Notes under the pieces: model-generated | What the model was told of the DNA's origin: nothing | Database searches by the model: none | Seen by the model: the letters and a program-made list of their open reading frames with translations, nothing else | In this document: piece by piece, positions 22,818-37,145 of the stretch | How the letters are laid out: every line of letters starts with the position of its first letter | How positions within the stretch are numbered: the first letter of the stretch is position 1 | Assembly (NCBI RefSeq): GCF_036588685.1 | Contig: NC_086375.1 | Span: forward strand, 50,592,001-50,656,000 | Direction: 5' to 3' | Origin: Mytilus trossulus | Lineage: Eukaryota | DNA: 64,000 bases | Made by a program: the position numbers and the translations under genes

Positions 22818-25800
22818 CATTTTAAGATAATGTTGTGGCTCACCTGCTTCTGAAATATAGTCCATAAACAGAAAAAGTGCAAAATCAAAACTCTGCTTTT
22901 GGCTGTATTAAATTTACCATGAAATAATATACATCATATATCATTAAAAAGATGTTGTATGATTGCCAATAAGACAATTCTCCAAACAAAAAAGGCAATA
23001 TCAATGATACAAAAATTAAAAACACTAGAAATTGTCAAAATAGATAAATAACCCCAGTGTCAAATACTCAAATTGGATAAACTCATACGTTGTAATTATG
23101 ATATATTTTGTCAGCTAAATATTGATATAACTGATAACGATCAAAATAAAACAAAACAAACCAACGATGCTTAAATAAATTTTCTGATTTACTTATGTGC
23201 AAATTTTCAAACGTGGAAAATATTTGAATGCCTTCGCTTTCTACCCATCAGTCGTAGTGCCAAGTTTCTACTTATTGGAGGAACACGTAAATAATAAGTT
23301 TTTCAAAATATCATCATGAGTTTTTTTATCTTAATAATTATTATAATCCTTTTTTTGTTTTACTGTTCAAATTAAACCACATAAGACGGATTTCTGAGAT
23401 TTTGTTTTTGTGCACATGTTTCCACACTTTTAACCGAGTTAACTTGATTTATTTGGAAGTTCCTGGCCGGCGGAATCGCCCATCAATCCAAATAAAATAT
23501 AGTTTTCTGGTTTCGTTATATATATGAGCACGATATATTTGGAAAACTTTTTTAATCAGATTGGATCGTCGATGACAGAGATTTTGTCAATATTTGTTAT
23601 TCAACTTGAAATATAGCGTTTTATCATCACATCATTTATTTTTGTCCATATCTATAAAGTTTATATATTAGTTGAAGTGGTCTACTATGATCTTAATATA
23701 AATTTGTAAGGATTGTTTTATGTATATATGCTTATGCTAATGAGTGTATTCGTGTATATTGTTTTGATAATTGTTTAAAAAACCGGTGTCCTTCAAGCTG
23801 TCAAGGTTAAGATGAATGTATTGATTGTTGATTTTATCCTAAATATTTAGGTGACAGAAGGTAATACTATGTGTTTTATGTTAAAAATGTATTGATATAG
23901 ATGCCTTATTTTTCGAAAATAAGACCACTTCATCTAATATATAAACTCTATTAATATGGACAAAAAGAGATATAACTAATTACAAGACAAATATACCAAT
24001 TGTTGAGTGTGGGTTATAACTGTATACAAATGGCTTTGTGCCAGAAATCTACTAACACTTATGCAGATCATATACTAATGTGTGGGATGTCCCGTAAACA
24101 GACCGATAAAAGGTTGCCAAAATTTTTGAAGAAGCCCTAACAAAAAGGGATAAACATTTAACTGTTAATCTACAAACATACGTTGTATATTTGTAATTTA
24201 ATATAATAGTGTAAAAACAATATATGTTACCTGTTCTCTTGTGGACCTGATTAATTCGAATTTGGTTTTTTATGAAGACTGTCATCACAATAAAAAGAAT
24301 AACGAGAACAACACCGCAAATCATAATGTAAATCTGGTCATTGGTCAGCATTCCTTGAATTAAAAAGAGAATAAGGTGATATCATGTCCTCCGGAAAAGT
24401 AAACAGATTCGTCATCACATGTTTACATCCGTGGTTTAATAGCTCCATACATAGTATTTTTACGTGAAAATTATAATTAACAAATTCTGATTTCAATAGC
24501 AAAATGTTCAATAACAAAAATACCTAAAACTAAACTCAGAGGAAATTAAAAACGCAAATTCCCTAATCAAATGTCAAAATCAAATGCTCAAAAACATTAA
24601 ACGGAATTTAAATTTTCAGAAATAAAAAAAATATTAGTAATATAAAGAAACAAATAAATGATATAAACCAAAACTATTTACAAGAGTTTAAAAAAAAACC
24701 TTCCAAATAAAACGATACAAAAGAATTAATAAAACCAACCTAAAATTCAGCATTAAATACTCATGTTATGAAAGGAAATACATATTATGATGCAAACAGA
24801 CAACTTGTACATTGTAGAAGAAATCAATCGAGTGAGTATCTAATCATACTACATTGTATATACCAGTTAATGTGTGTGTAGGTTCGTCTGTATATCCAGC
24901 AGGTTTTAATGAACTTGTGTTTCTCTTTGATAAGGTTGACGTCTGAATTATTTTTGTGATGGTGTTACCGTCTTTAATTAAACCTACTAACAGACGTTTG
25001 TCTATTAGAACATCCATATATCCGTACTCATTTGTAACTACACAACTAAACTGACTATCATATAATATTGGTTCTTCTAGTAAAAGATTGCTGGAAAATC
25101 CATCAAATTGCACTTCTGTTTCAGATATTTTAAGAGCAATGCTTGTCCTCATTAAGGAACTTCTATTAAGATGGAGGCGTTTGTCGTTTTCAAGCCAAAT
25201 TATGGAAATGGGTTTTGGCACTGAATAAAACTTAACACTCAGCAATAAACTGTCGTCTCTCTGAAGGTCTACATTCTGAGATGAAAGAATAGGAGATCCT
25301 GAAGCAAAGAATAACAGAAATCTATTACAAACAGTGAGGGCATTCAATATTCTTGAAGATTAGTTTATATACTTTTTAAAATAAAACCCATACCTTATAA
25401 TTGAACCATGATTGCAGATAATATCATTTATAGTATATTGGGGAAACTTATTTCCATAGATTGGTGATTTCTTAGTAATGTGAACTTCAGATAATATTAT
25501 TAAAAATTTCAGAGATATACATTTTTACATTCAAGACACCATTGTCACTTTTTAAATTAGTGCGTCGACATTGTTAACTTTTTATCAATGTATTGGAATT
25601 ATCTTAATTGTTTAATGTTCGAACTGACTTTGATATATCAGCTTCATATTTGGAACATTGACTTTGTAAAAATAAAAAAAATCGTTAATTGTTTGTTTAA
25701 ATTTAACCCATTTGATTCAATAACATGTATTGCCAGCTGGACCGTATGCGTATACTCATACGGTCCGACCGTACGCGTATGGTCGGACCGTACAAGTATA

Positions 25801-28800
25801 CGTATACGGTCCGGACTGTACGCGTACGGTCCAAATACTCATATGGTCTGGAACATATGCATATTCAAACTTTACACAACCAACTGACAAAAATTAATAC
25901 TGACTGAACTTCTGATATTCTGATATACAGTTTCCATAATGAATGCTTTAATTAAATTCCATTATATAATCAATGTTTTTTTTATGTATGCAGGGACATC
26001 TTAATTCTCTATTTGACAAACTGTTAGAAACAACTTTATAAAAATTATTATTCTACAAAACAACCATACCAGCTTTTTATATAAGAAGTATACACACATT
26101 TTGGATAACATCGTTGATTTTGTTTAGATATACAAGTATACAATGTACGTGAACGTACATGTTTTCTAACTACAACAGTTAAAAAAACATTTGTACATCC
26201 CTTTAAATAGAAAAAAAGTATACAAAAAACAAGAACTCCAATCCAAAGTGTAAAAGGGGAAATCCATAAAAAACTGAGACAAAAAATGCTATCATTAAAA
26301 TTATAGACGAAATGAAAATGAACTGCCATTTTCTGGACTTGGCACAATGGCATTTGTCACAGAAAATAGTGGATTATACTTGTTGCTAACTAAACCTCGC
26401 ATATTTGTGACACTTGGTTGTAAGTCCGTCATTTTGACAGATTTTGGTGAGCAACCGAAACAGACATAATAGGTCAATGTGAGAGTAAATGAGATTCATC
26501 AGCAAAAACTGTGTATACATACACCACATACAAAATATACAACAATCCAAACACATATGCATACAAAAAAATCTAACAAAGACCCAAACAAAAAAATGTG
26601 TTAAAGAAGGAAGTATAAACGTTGACAAAGAATGTGACGTTAATTAACAAAACGTTTTTGTAGTTGATAGGTGGTTAACAAAAATGTCAATAAAAAAAAG
26701 TCCTACAATTTTTTTACCATAAACTCCAACTGTTGCTGGGTATGTTGAGGAATAGATTTTAATTCCTGAACTCCAGGTACAGGTATAGTCCCCAATGTCT
26801 TGAAAATCACAGAAGTTTATTGTCAACGTTGATTTGTTTCCCAGTGTTATTCCAGTTCGTTCTTCTAGTTTGTTGCCTTTAATCGAATGTAGCCACATAC
26901 TTGTCCAATTGGAAGAAGCATTAAGATTTAAAAAGCACTGCAGTTCTATCGTAGACGAAACATTACAGTTGATATTTAATGGACGGATGCTGACAATCAG
27001 AGCTAAAATAATATCATTAGATGTGGTGTTGATAATAATAAAGGCAAAAGTATTATTTTGACAAATGCATGAAAACTTTTAAAATTTCTATTTTTTTATC
27101 TTGCAAAGCCATTTCTTTTCACGAAAGACCGAAGAAAGGAATTGATTAAAAGATGTTTTCTTTGATTTACAAAAACCTTTAAATATCAAACACTGAAAGA
27201 TCTACAGAACAAAACGCAATTCTCTGTAATGCCAAACTAGAATTATTATATCATTCTTACCTGATATAAGTAATCTTTTGATGTTAACCCAGTCTATGCA
27301 TGGAAATCAATTATTATAGATAAAAAAAAGAAACTCGACTTACAGACAAGGTTTATTTTGATATCCAAACTACCATATGGATTTCTTGCTCTAATCTCAT
27401 ACATCCCAAACTGACTTTCCTTTTGGAGCATAACTGTTGATGAAATTGCAAAAACATCTGGTCTGATTTCGGTAACTTTTATGCTGGCAAGCTTTCCACC
27501 ATTATTTCTTGTCCAAGCGCATTTAGGTCTAGGAAAGCTTTGAATCATTATCTCTACAGGAGTAGGATGATTGATAACGGCTTCAAAAGATTGAGGGTGG
27601 CTTTCAAAATCTTGTAGATAAGGTTTATCTGTAAGTGTTTAAAAAGAGATACATTCTAACTTTGATGGACAATCTATATGGGAGATAATTTACACACAAG
27701 AGGTATTATAAGTAGGTAATATTTGCTAATCATGTCAAACAAATTTATTTTTTATTTGTAAATAAGGCTATCAAGGCAATTAAAACATGAAAATATAAGA
27801 AAAAGAACAAATTAATGATCCAAAAGAAACACAAAAACAGACGTGAAAGGACAGATTATCCTCGTACCTTTGATAACTATTTTACCATATCAAAAGGTAA
27901 AAGAAAAAAAAAATATCCACAAAAAATTCTACACAAAAAAAACCTATCAAATGAGTTCAATGAACACAAGCAAAAATAGTAAACTCTTGTTATCTTGCAT
28001 GGTACAAATGTAGTTGTCTCTTGCTTCTTATTTGATACGAGTATCTGATAAAAAAGAATCGTAGCTTTATATTCGGCTTTTGATGAATTTCAATATCAGA
28101 CAAAGCGTGACCAAAGACATGATATTTCATTAAGACCACATATTTTCACAAGTCGTCTTGCTACAATAATCCCTTCGTCAGACACCTGTATCTTATATCT
28201 GAATATTTAAAAAAAAACCAAATAAACATATTTTTTTATTTTCCTTTAACAGAACATATTAGAGGGCATGCACCAAACATTCAAAATGGCTTTACATATG
28301 ACCATTTGTTTATGACTATAACAATGTTCGATCTTAGAAAAGAGTCATTTAACACTTCAATTAGTCGAGAGTTTTTGTTAGAGTGTATTGGCATATTTTG
28401 TGACTCTAAGATAAAGATCAGCAATAAAACCAACGTACTTTAACATGAGTAACTTGGCGGATGCCATTATATGCTTGGAAAACTAGGTAATCATCGGAAC
28501 CCTGATTTACAAAAAACGTTGCCCTTATGATATCTCTCACACTTTTTGACGAGTTTTTGTCATGCGTCAATTTCAGCTTCTTGCTTAAGACACGGATGCG
28601 TTCTATGTACGACTTTAGGGTCTTCATTCAGAAACAAAGAGTTGAAAGTTTTGAAATAATATAAAAAAGAAGATGTGGTATGATTGCCAATGAGACAATT
28701 ATCCACTATCCACAAAAGCCCAAAATGACACAAATATTAACAATTATAGGTCACCGTACGGCCTTCAACAATGAGCACAGCCCATACCGCATATAGTCAG

Positions 28801-31800
28801 CTATAAAAGGCCCCGATAAGACAATGTAAAACAATTCAAAGGAGAAAACTAACAGCCTTATTTATTTAAAAAAATGAAGTTTTTTTTTTAATTGATATGG
28901 GATATTGCCTTATAATGAAAACTAGTTCAATGTAAATACAGGACTTTATATGTGCTATGAGATCAGATGAGACAACTCTCCATACATGTCACAATGTGTA
29001 CAAAGTAAATTTAATATTTCAAAGTACAGATAGGTTTTCAGGAAGTTATCTTCTAATTATTTCTATCGATTGTAAAGATTAAGTCTTTAGTTACTGTACC
29101 TAAACATTACATTTGCAAACAAACGCATGGAAAATAATTTTCTAAATAATGTTAATAGGAGAAAAGGTACAAAGCCATTCTGCCTTAAAACGAATCTGTT
29201 GAAATTTTGTAACTATGCCAAGTTTATAATATAGATTATTTGTATCTTTTGTATACAACCTATTTCCATCAAACTTGAATATATCTTACATCTCACTGTG
29301 ATGTTAATGTTTGCTTGGCCGGCTCCAACTCGATTAGTTGCTCGGCAACTGTATTCTCCAAATTGATTCCTGTTTAACTTTTCGATATATAGTGCATCAC
29401 TGTCCTCCTCTTGAAGTATATTTCCTTCAAATAACCATTGTATGTTTACAGGGTATGTGTTTGTTTTAGTAACACAAAATAAAGTAAGCCTCGACTGTTC
29501 CTCTAACACCGACGAAGGTTCGGCTCTCATATGTACCAGAGGCAACACTGACATCAAGAGAAAAAAAAACAATTGTATTGATAGATATGTAATGCTTGCA
29601 AGGCAAAAATCTTTATAAAAATAGATGCACCATAATTCTAGTCTATAATCTACATGCATACGTGAATACCACTCAACAAAAGCTGCTGACATTTGGACAA
29701 CATATTAGATTTAAAAAAGGGGGTCTAGTATGACAAAAGCTTTTTACACAAGTAATTAGTACTTGTTCATCTATATTTACAAAAAAAAATTCTTATTTTG
29801 TAAGACTTTGAATTTCGCACATTTGTAGTGACGTTCTTCTAAACCCCTGCCTAATAAGGGAACATTGGTAGCGGGATAATTTTACCTTCCCAATGATCAA
29901 TTTCTCATTTCTCAGCAGTAACAGACCATATGTTTCGTCTTATGGTGTTGACATATCTCAAATATGGACATACACATTTTTATTATATTATGTCATTATT
30001 TGTTATAATATGACATTATTTGCAATACGAAAATACAAATACTGAATACGTACAGCTCAAATAAATTGTTGTATTCATCTCAAGCTGATCATAACTATTA
30101 TCTGCTATACAAGTTAGAGTTGTCATGTGATCGGACCGGCTGCTGTTTATCACCATATATATGAAAGTTGTATTGTGGCATGTCTCAATTTTTAATACTC
30201 TATATTCATCTTGCACCAAGGCTAATTCCCCTGGTGGATTACCACACTCAACTTCACATTCCACTTCAATTTTGGAGCCTTCGTTTGCATAAATATAATT
30301 GGAAAAATTCGACGTGGTTATCTGCATGTTAGTAGGTGAAACTAAAAATATTTCAAAATAATACATTGGAATGAATATTACAAAAGTCTATAAACCTTAC
30401 ACAATATAATGTGAAACAAAGATAGACGATAGCAATACACAATTTGATTTGTTCCTTTAATGCCTAGGTTCTTATTGATATGTCCGATACAGTTTCTTGA
30501 TATGAACAACCAAAACTTTAAAAATTAAGTTACGAAAAACTACAAAAACAGAAACATATAAACATTATTTTCTTTTATGGAAACGTTTTGACTAAACTAA
30601 TAATGCTTTTTTTCACTACATAACCTGGTCGGATACACACATAAACCGAGCCAATATGCCGTCAATCTTTAATTTAAACGTACCCCTTAATGCTGCATAG
30701 AAGTCTTTACCAACACTTGATCCATTGATGACAGTATCACATCGAAATATACCGATGCAGTCTTTTGAACAGTTTATAATTCGAAGACTGTATTGTCCTT
30801 TAACAGAATCCTCAATAACATTGAATTGATGTTTTTCATAAATGTTTTTATTGGCAATACTATTTATACTGTAAATGATAAGGTCTGGTGGACCTCTCCA
30901 AATTACTGGTTCCGAGCCTGACTTGAAAGGACAGTTGAAAGTTAAATCTGTCCCAAATCTTATATATTTAACGTCTTCCCTTGTCTCTGTGCAAAATATA
31001 AACAAAACAAGAAAAATAAAATGATGTTCCATTTGCATCTTTATTACGTTATATTTCAAACACTGAAATTTTAATAACAGGAGAAAGACACAGGATTAAA
31101 AAAGATGAAGCTAAAATTCCACCAAGAAAAGACATGTAATAAAGGACCTTTTATAGTTATTCTTCTAATCACATATTTCCTGTCCTCTTCCCTCTAGTGT
31201 GACATAAACAAATGTGACTTTCACTTGCTTGGCAACACGACGTGTGACAAATGTAGAGAAGAAATTGCTTACCATTCGAGAGCAAATGAGATCCCCTAGA
31301 TATTATCGGGGTTCGTATTGCCCAATCATTCATCGTCCGTAAAAGGTTTTGCTGTTGTTGTTTGTTTCTTTATCTTTTTTTGTTGTCTTCAATACATTTT
31401 TATTTCAAGATTTACAATTTTCGATTGCTCCTTATTGGTATTTTTACAAAAAAAAATTACAAAAAAACACCAAAATATAAATCGTCCACAAATTGACTGT
31501 CTCTTTGATATCTTTTAATCTGACTTACAATATCATTCTTTTGAAATGCCCTTTTCATAAACCATGCTGCAATAATATAATCATTAATTTCATAAAAAAA
31601 TATTTTGATTATTAGAATTTTTATTTAGTTTGTTTTGTAAAAAAATGAGATACATTACTCACTGGTTATGGATCATATTTTAAATATACTGATCCAATAA
31701 CTTGCAAATTAAAACAACAAGATACAATACTTACCAGACGTATAAGATCCGATAAGAAACAATATGATACACAGACATGTACAAACTAGTCCTCTTGCAG

Positions 31801-31813
31801 TAAACAGCTTCAT
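22818..31813 (-). CDS. Type I membrane immunoglobulin-superfamily receptor (signal peptide, six Ig-like domains, Ser/Thr stalk, TM, short tail)
   Basis: Phase-1 exons 31813-31735 (MKLFTARGLVCTCLCIILFLIGSYTS), 30986-30684, 30341-30054, 29547-29290 (LFC...IQW...GEYSCRATN), 27628-27344, 27002-26718 (LQC...W...DIGDYTC), 25298-24864, 24353-24231 (TM IYIMICGVVLVILFIVMTVFI). Tail exon 22849-22818 (EAGEPQHYLKM) and the true stop are tentative. Confidence 0.8.
25739..25857. repeat. Palindromic fold-back element (partial MITE)
   Basis: 25739-25812 is an imperfect palindrome centred on acgcgt; built from ggaccgtacgcgtacggtcc-like units; right arm continues to ...ggtctggaacata. Confidence 0.75.
28666..28880 (+). 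repeat. Young interspersed repeat (aagaagatgtggtatgattgccaatgagacaac... family)
   Basis: Near-identical copy at 50443-50652; diverged copies at about 17400-17700, 43823-44010 and 49430-49780 (inverted). Confidence 0.8.
29865..29972 (+). mobile_element. Short Penelope-like RT relic in an intron of the Ig gene
   Basis: Translates RDNFTFPMINFSFLSSNRPYVSSYGVDISQ, homologous to RDDFSFPIVNYPFLDGDVPLSPSYGVYLSQ at 8638-9357. Confidence 0.6.
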
Positions 31814-31972
31814 TTCTCTAGCTACATTAACTAGTCACTGAACCTAAAAACATGTGGGCAACGCCAGATGGAATAACGGTGCTAATGGTTTGTCGAGTAT
31901 GTTCATATTTCCTGTGATCAATTGTTTTGCAGTTCCGCGTTATTAGGAGTACAAAATATTTTCAATTTTATT

Positions 31973-31999
31973 TATACATATATATATATATATATATAT
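31973..31999. repeat. (TA)n microsatellite
   Basis: Run of alternating TA. Confidence 0.9.
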
Positions 32000-32109
32000 G
32001 TCGACCTTAATAGACAGTTTCCTTTCTCGCTATTGTTTGTTGTGTTCATATTTTTATAACCTATATAGGATCCTTGAAATTATACGTAAACATAATAAAA
32101 TTTTTGTTT

Positions 32110-33650
32110 TCAACGTAATACACTAAGAACTTGATTTGAATGTCTACATACAGTAAGCAATACAAAACATATAAAACTAAAGACTGTGATGGTGTTCTTT
32201 AAAAGGATGATTTCAATTTCATTGCTTGAAATTCTTGATGCAATAGATTCTTTGTGAGCACCCTCTATTAAGGAAATTATGTTAGAAGATACAAGTCCTT
32301 CCATGACGGATCAACTGGGAGATATATAAAACGTATGAAAGCTCTGCTCGAATGTTGCTATATAGACCCGTAAAATTCACAATTTGGAACCGGAAATCAT
32401 TTCTTTTGTCGGAAACTTTTGTTTTCAACCGACCATCTTGTCGATTTCTAGATTAAGTCAATATATGAGGTAGACTTAACTGTATGTATTGTGTCTTTTA
32501 CCTCAGTTGATGGTATTGATGTGTCCATACGTCATCAGTTTTGGAATTATTTAATGAGATAACATCAATTATATTACGAAAAGAAAGTTCCGGTATAAGG
32601 TCAGCCTCATGTGAATAAAGGAACAAAGCGGCAAGAAGCGGGACATAGTTTTCTCATTGGAATGTCGATTTTGTGTAAGAAACACGACCGTCCTCCAAAA
32701 AATCAAATATATTGTCAGATTTCAAAAAGTTGTTGTTTGAATCAAAGAGATTTTTTACAAAGTAGGATTTATTCCTCCCTAACACAAAATAGTTGTATCT
32801 ATGTTGGCCATCCATATTTATAAAACAAAATAGGACTTACTCTTCAAATGTATCTTTTAGTTTTGAATGGGCAATACTTGTGTAAAATTATAATATATAG
32901 TCAAATATTTAATACTACTGCAAGATAAAGTAGCCTTGTGTAATAATGTACAAAAGATTTTTGGAATATTAAGTATCACATCTGATTCACGCCACCCCTA
33001 AAATATGTAGTTTCACTATAACTATGAAAACTTGCTTTGATTGATGATAAAATTGAGTTAGTCCTTCATCTTTGATCGTAATTCTAAAGGAACATAAAAC
33101 AGACCTTTGATTATCCAGAATGGCCTCTTTAGTAAGTGTCGTGGGATATATGTTATGTTTCCAAGTTCATTGTCAATACCTAATTAATTTATCAAGCAGT
33201 TTATGTAAATGATTTACACACATATACGATGTTGTTCGGGGCTTTACCTATGGGTACCCCAATATATTTGTCATAAAGGTAGAACAAATGTTTTGAAATA
33301 TTTATGTCTTTACAGATTGATGTTGCATGGGTATTTATGTACTCATACAGTTTCTTAATTTTGAAGTCATCAACAACCTCACAGCTATAATCAATTCTAA
33401 CAGAATATCTACCTCTTATCTCTCACTTTTAGCCCATTGCCTGCATATTGCTTGACAACACCTTCGGTATTTTTAAGTTGTGTTTCTAATTGATGGTTTA
33501 GACGTGAAGTCGGCAATATTGAGATCCTACAACACGTGTTTCTTATTGAAAATTTGTCTATTAGATATATACTCCATATTTAGGCTTTGCTTGAATGTTG
33601 CTACCATGAAATAGAAAGTTTATGTTTGTGCTGCTGAAATCATCTTTTTT
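32110..33650 (-). mobile_element. Old, frameshifted Naiad-type Penelope-like RT relic (different subfamily)
   Basis: Minus-strand fragments in RT order: YAGQWAKSE; LYDKYIGVPIGKAPNNIVY; GIDNELGNITYIPTTLTKEAILDNQRSVLCSFRITIKDE; IDIPM; LFLYSHEAD; VKDTIHTVKSTSYIDL; GRLKTKVSDKRNDF; YISQLIRHGRTC; LLHQEFQAMKLKSSF. Confidence 0.7.
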
Positions 33651-34719
33651 GTCTTAAAGTATGCAAAAGCATAATCAGTCATATTGCATACTTTCCTACT
33701 TATAGAAAACTCAATGTTTATAAATGCACATACAGTCTATTACAATGAAAATTTCATTTTCATAACAATAGAAGTTTTCGTATGACAGTACCTTTTTTCA
33801 TAAAAAAAAAAAGTGTTTTGAAAACAAGGATGTTCAGTATAGTTCATATCGACACACTTAAAAAATACAAAATCACTTAAAGTCGATTGTAAATTATTTG
33901 TGTCTGAATTTCTTTTAAACTTCAAACTATTCACTATATTCATGTTGTAAAGCAAAGGTCTTGATTAGTGTTAAAAAAACTACTAATGCAATTGTAACGT
34001 TTTATCTTGCTTGAAAGCTGCGTAGGCATAAAAATTAATTAACAAATAAAGAAAAACAGCTGTATACTGGATATGGAATACTTATGTTTCAAACATATCT
34101 TAATTTATAAAAAGTATCTCCTTATTATAAAATGTAAGGAAACATTCATGATCTGTTGATTATAATGGAATGTTTTTGTCTCAGACTGTCATTTTGACAT
34201 TTCACCAAACCCCTCTTTATTTAATCGATTGTGACATATCCGTTGTCTTTGTAGTGTTTTATGTATTTGTAGCTTTCTTACGGACAGTTTCGTGCCCTTT
34301 AGGATCTTTTTGTGATTTTTAAATATGTTGTTGCTATTATCAAAACTAAACCTGACAAAAAACCTGCATTTTGTTTTTGCATAAGAAGTTTTCGCACTGT
34401 GATTGATTTATGGACCTAAGAACGTCTATATTCACGGTCAAGTAGAGAAGTCAGAACGATACTCATGTCGCTATATGACTGGTACATATTAATCGTATGT
34501 ATAGCAGTGAATGTCTGCAGGAAATCTGATCTGGGCCATTGTTGTGAGAAGGTGAACAAATGGAACATGATCCAGACCTAAAATACATTTTAAGACCCTT
34601 GGACGACTGAAGTCAAAATACATCCTCATGGTTTTGGATGGTATAATCACGTCCATTCATCTGTAACTACTGAGCTTGAATGGTTGAGTGATGTATTTGT
34701 GGAAGTCCATAGCACATCA

Positions 34720-34900
34720 TTAACCTTTACCCTTCAGGAGCACCTGCGTTTACCTCTAGTTTTTGGTGGGGTTTGTGTTGTTAAGTCTAATTTTGTGTGT
34801 TGGTTCTTGTTGTTTGCCTGTTTGTTTTTTGGCCATGACGTTGTCGCTTTGTTTTTGATCTATGCGTTTGACTGTTTTTCTTGTATCTCCCATCCCTCTT
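34720..34900 (+). repeat. Interspersed repeat (ttacccttcaggagcacctg...tttttggtggggtt family)
   Basis: Diverged relatives at about 20910-21080, 31235-31440 and 48540-48715 (inverted). Confidence 0.55.
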
Positions 34901-37145
34901 TTAAGTTAATAATATTTGCAGTTATTCTTTAATAAATGAAATGGTTGGTATTTTAAAGTTTTATTAGATATGTCAAATATATATTAAATAGAATATAACT
35001 GTTTCATAGAGTTTACAACCAATACACATAGGTTATAAGCCTGAACTTTTATTGACCTAAAAATGACATTAGTTTAAAAAAAAACCATTATATACAAATA
35101 CCACTATTGACAATCCTTCATCATCATATATGTGCTGACACAGTGAAATCTCATTCAACTATTGAAAACATGAATTGCTTTTTTGCAAAGAACATTAGCT
35201 ATGAATGTGAATACATAGATAATAATGGCATTTCCTTTCTGAGCTGACTTTATTATCAGAAAGTATATCAAGCGAGTTCGCTTTTGAAGTGCAGGCAATT
35301 TCGCTGACGAAGTCAGGATAAAACAAAATGCCATTATTCTTTTCATCGGCATTTCGCTTGACTGTATGATTTTGTTTTGTTGTGAATAAGAAGAAAAATG
35401 ACAAAAATAGAAAAAAAATACTTTTCGTGTTCAAAATGTTGAGATAGATAAATTGTATGAAAGTAGTCATGGATGAACAAGAGCATGTGACGTTCCTGGA
35501 CTAATAAATGACGCCAGTCCCTCACATTGTTTGGTCCTGTTCATGATCTTAAAAGTATTAGGCAGTAGGATCAAAGGAAAAATGTATAAATTGCCAATAA
35601 AAAAATTAATAATGAGTGTCAAATACGATTAATGTAAAAAGAAACGACATAATGTCTTTGTTTTTACATTTGCAAAAGTGCAGATGTATTTCTTGTAAAA
35701 TATAAAGTAATGGTTTTGAAATGAAATCAGTAATTGCCGATTTATATAAATAAACTGTTAAATTTACAACAGATGATATAATTTTCTTATCTTTAACATC
35801 CCAACCTAACTTATTAAATAGTTACTAAAAATGTTTGTGTTTGTTATATTGTATCTTTTCATTTAAAAAAAAATGTACATTCAAACAGATACAGATAATA
35901 ATTGCATCAACCAATCAACGTTTACTTTGAAAGGAATATTAACAATAATTTTATTATTTATAACACAATAAAAAAAACTAAACAACAAAACAAACTTATA
36001 AAACAATAACAATTCATTTGATTGATAATTGTAATGATTGCTATATATTTTTAAAAAAAAATTATAAAATGGAGATAAAACATTCTTCAAAATATTATTT
36101 ACACTTCATATATCACACAGGCGATCGTGGCAAACTATTACCTGATACTGACCGTCCTCAATTTTCAATTTTATGACTAGACGTCTTAATTACAAAACAA
36201 GCTTTTTCTAAGTCACACAAAAGTTCACCTTGATATTCTTCTAACATATGAGAACATTAAGATGTTCGATAATTACAATTTCAATGTTAAAGATATTTCA
36301 TTATTCAATGTGCTTAATCTGAACACACAACCTTTTGTCAAAACATTCAACTTGACAAATCTAATTAGATTGAGAGTTTAAACATTATAGACAAGCCTAT
36401 ATTTATAGATACACTGTGTCATTATGGTCACAGCCAGTATTTAGAAGAATACAAAAATCTAATATATGAGTTCCGTTTAGTAAGGGTAAAAAGTGGTTTG
36501 CATTCAACTTTCTTCTTTAAACTTCAACAATTTATACAAAGCATTTCTTTTTAACCGTCTATAATAGCAGAAAAAAGCATTTGACATAAATACAAAATCT
36601 AGATATGTAAACAATCTACAATATTACTAATTTTATCTTCAGGAATAAATATTGGATTATCATGATTTTTACGAAATGTTTCCAAACACTTCCCATATTA
36701 GTTTTGGAGCATACCATAGCGTAATGCGTATTTCGAATCCGTTGACTACAAAACTTAAGTCCGGGTTAATGGCTCTTGAAAATTAATATATTTACAAATG
36801 TTTAACCAGTTCAAAAAATCAATACAAATCTACATTTGTTTTCAATTATCATTTATACATGTACAACTGCATGGTTGTTCGGATTTAAAACCTGTTTAAA
36901 TGCATGGCCGAATGTCCTGGCAAAATATTTCTTTACCACCAAATCTAAAAGGAAATAAAAAAAAAAAACAATCAACAGTGCCTTATAAAATGTAGACTGC
37001 GTTGCATTATAAACTTTTAAAACAATGTTTTAAATCCTTATTTATATGTTAATTTTGTTAAAGCAGTATATCGACCTTGTTTTTTGACTGTCTTTGTCAT
37101 GCGTTGTCTTCTCATAGACGTGTACTTGCATTTTTTTTTTAATTA

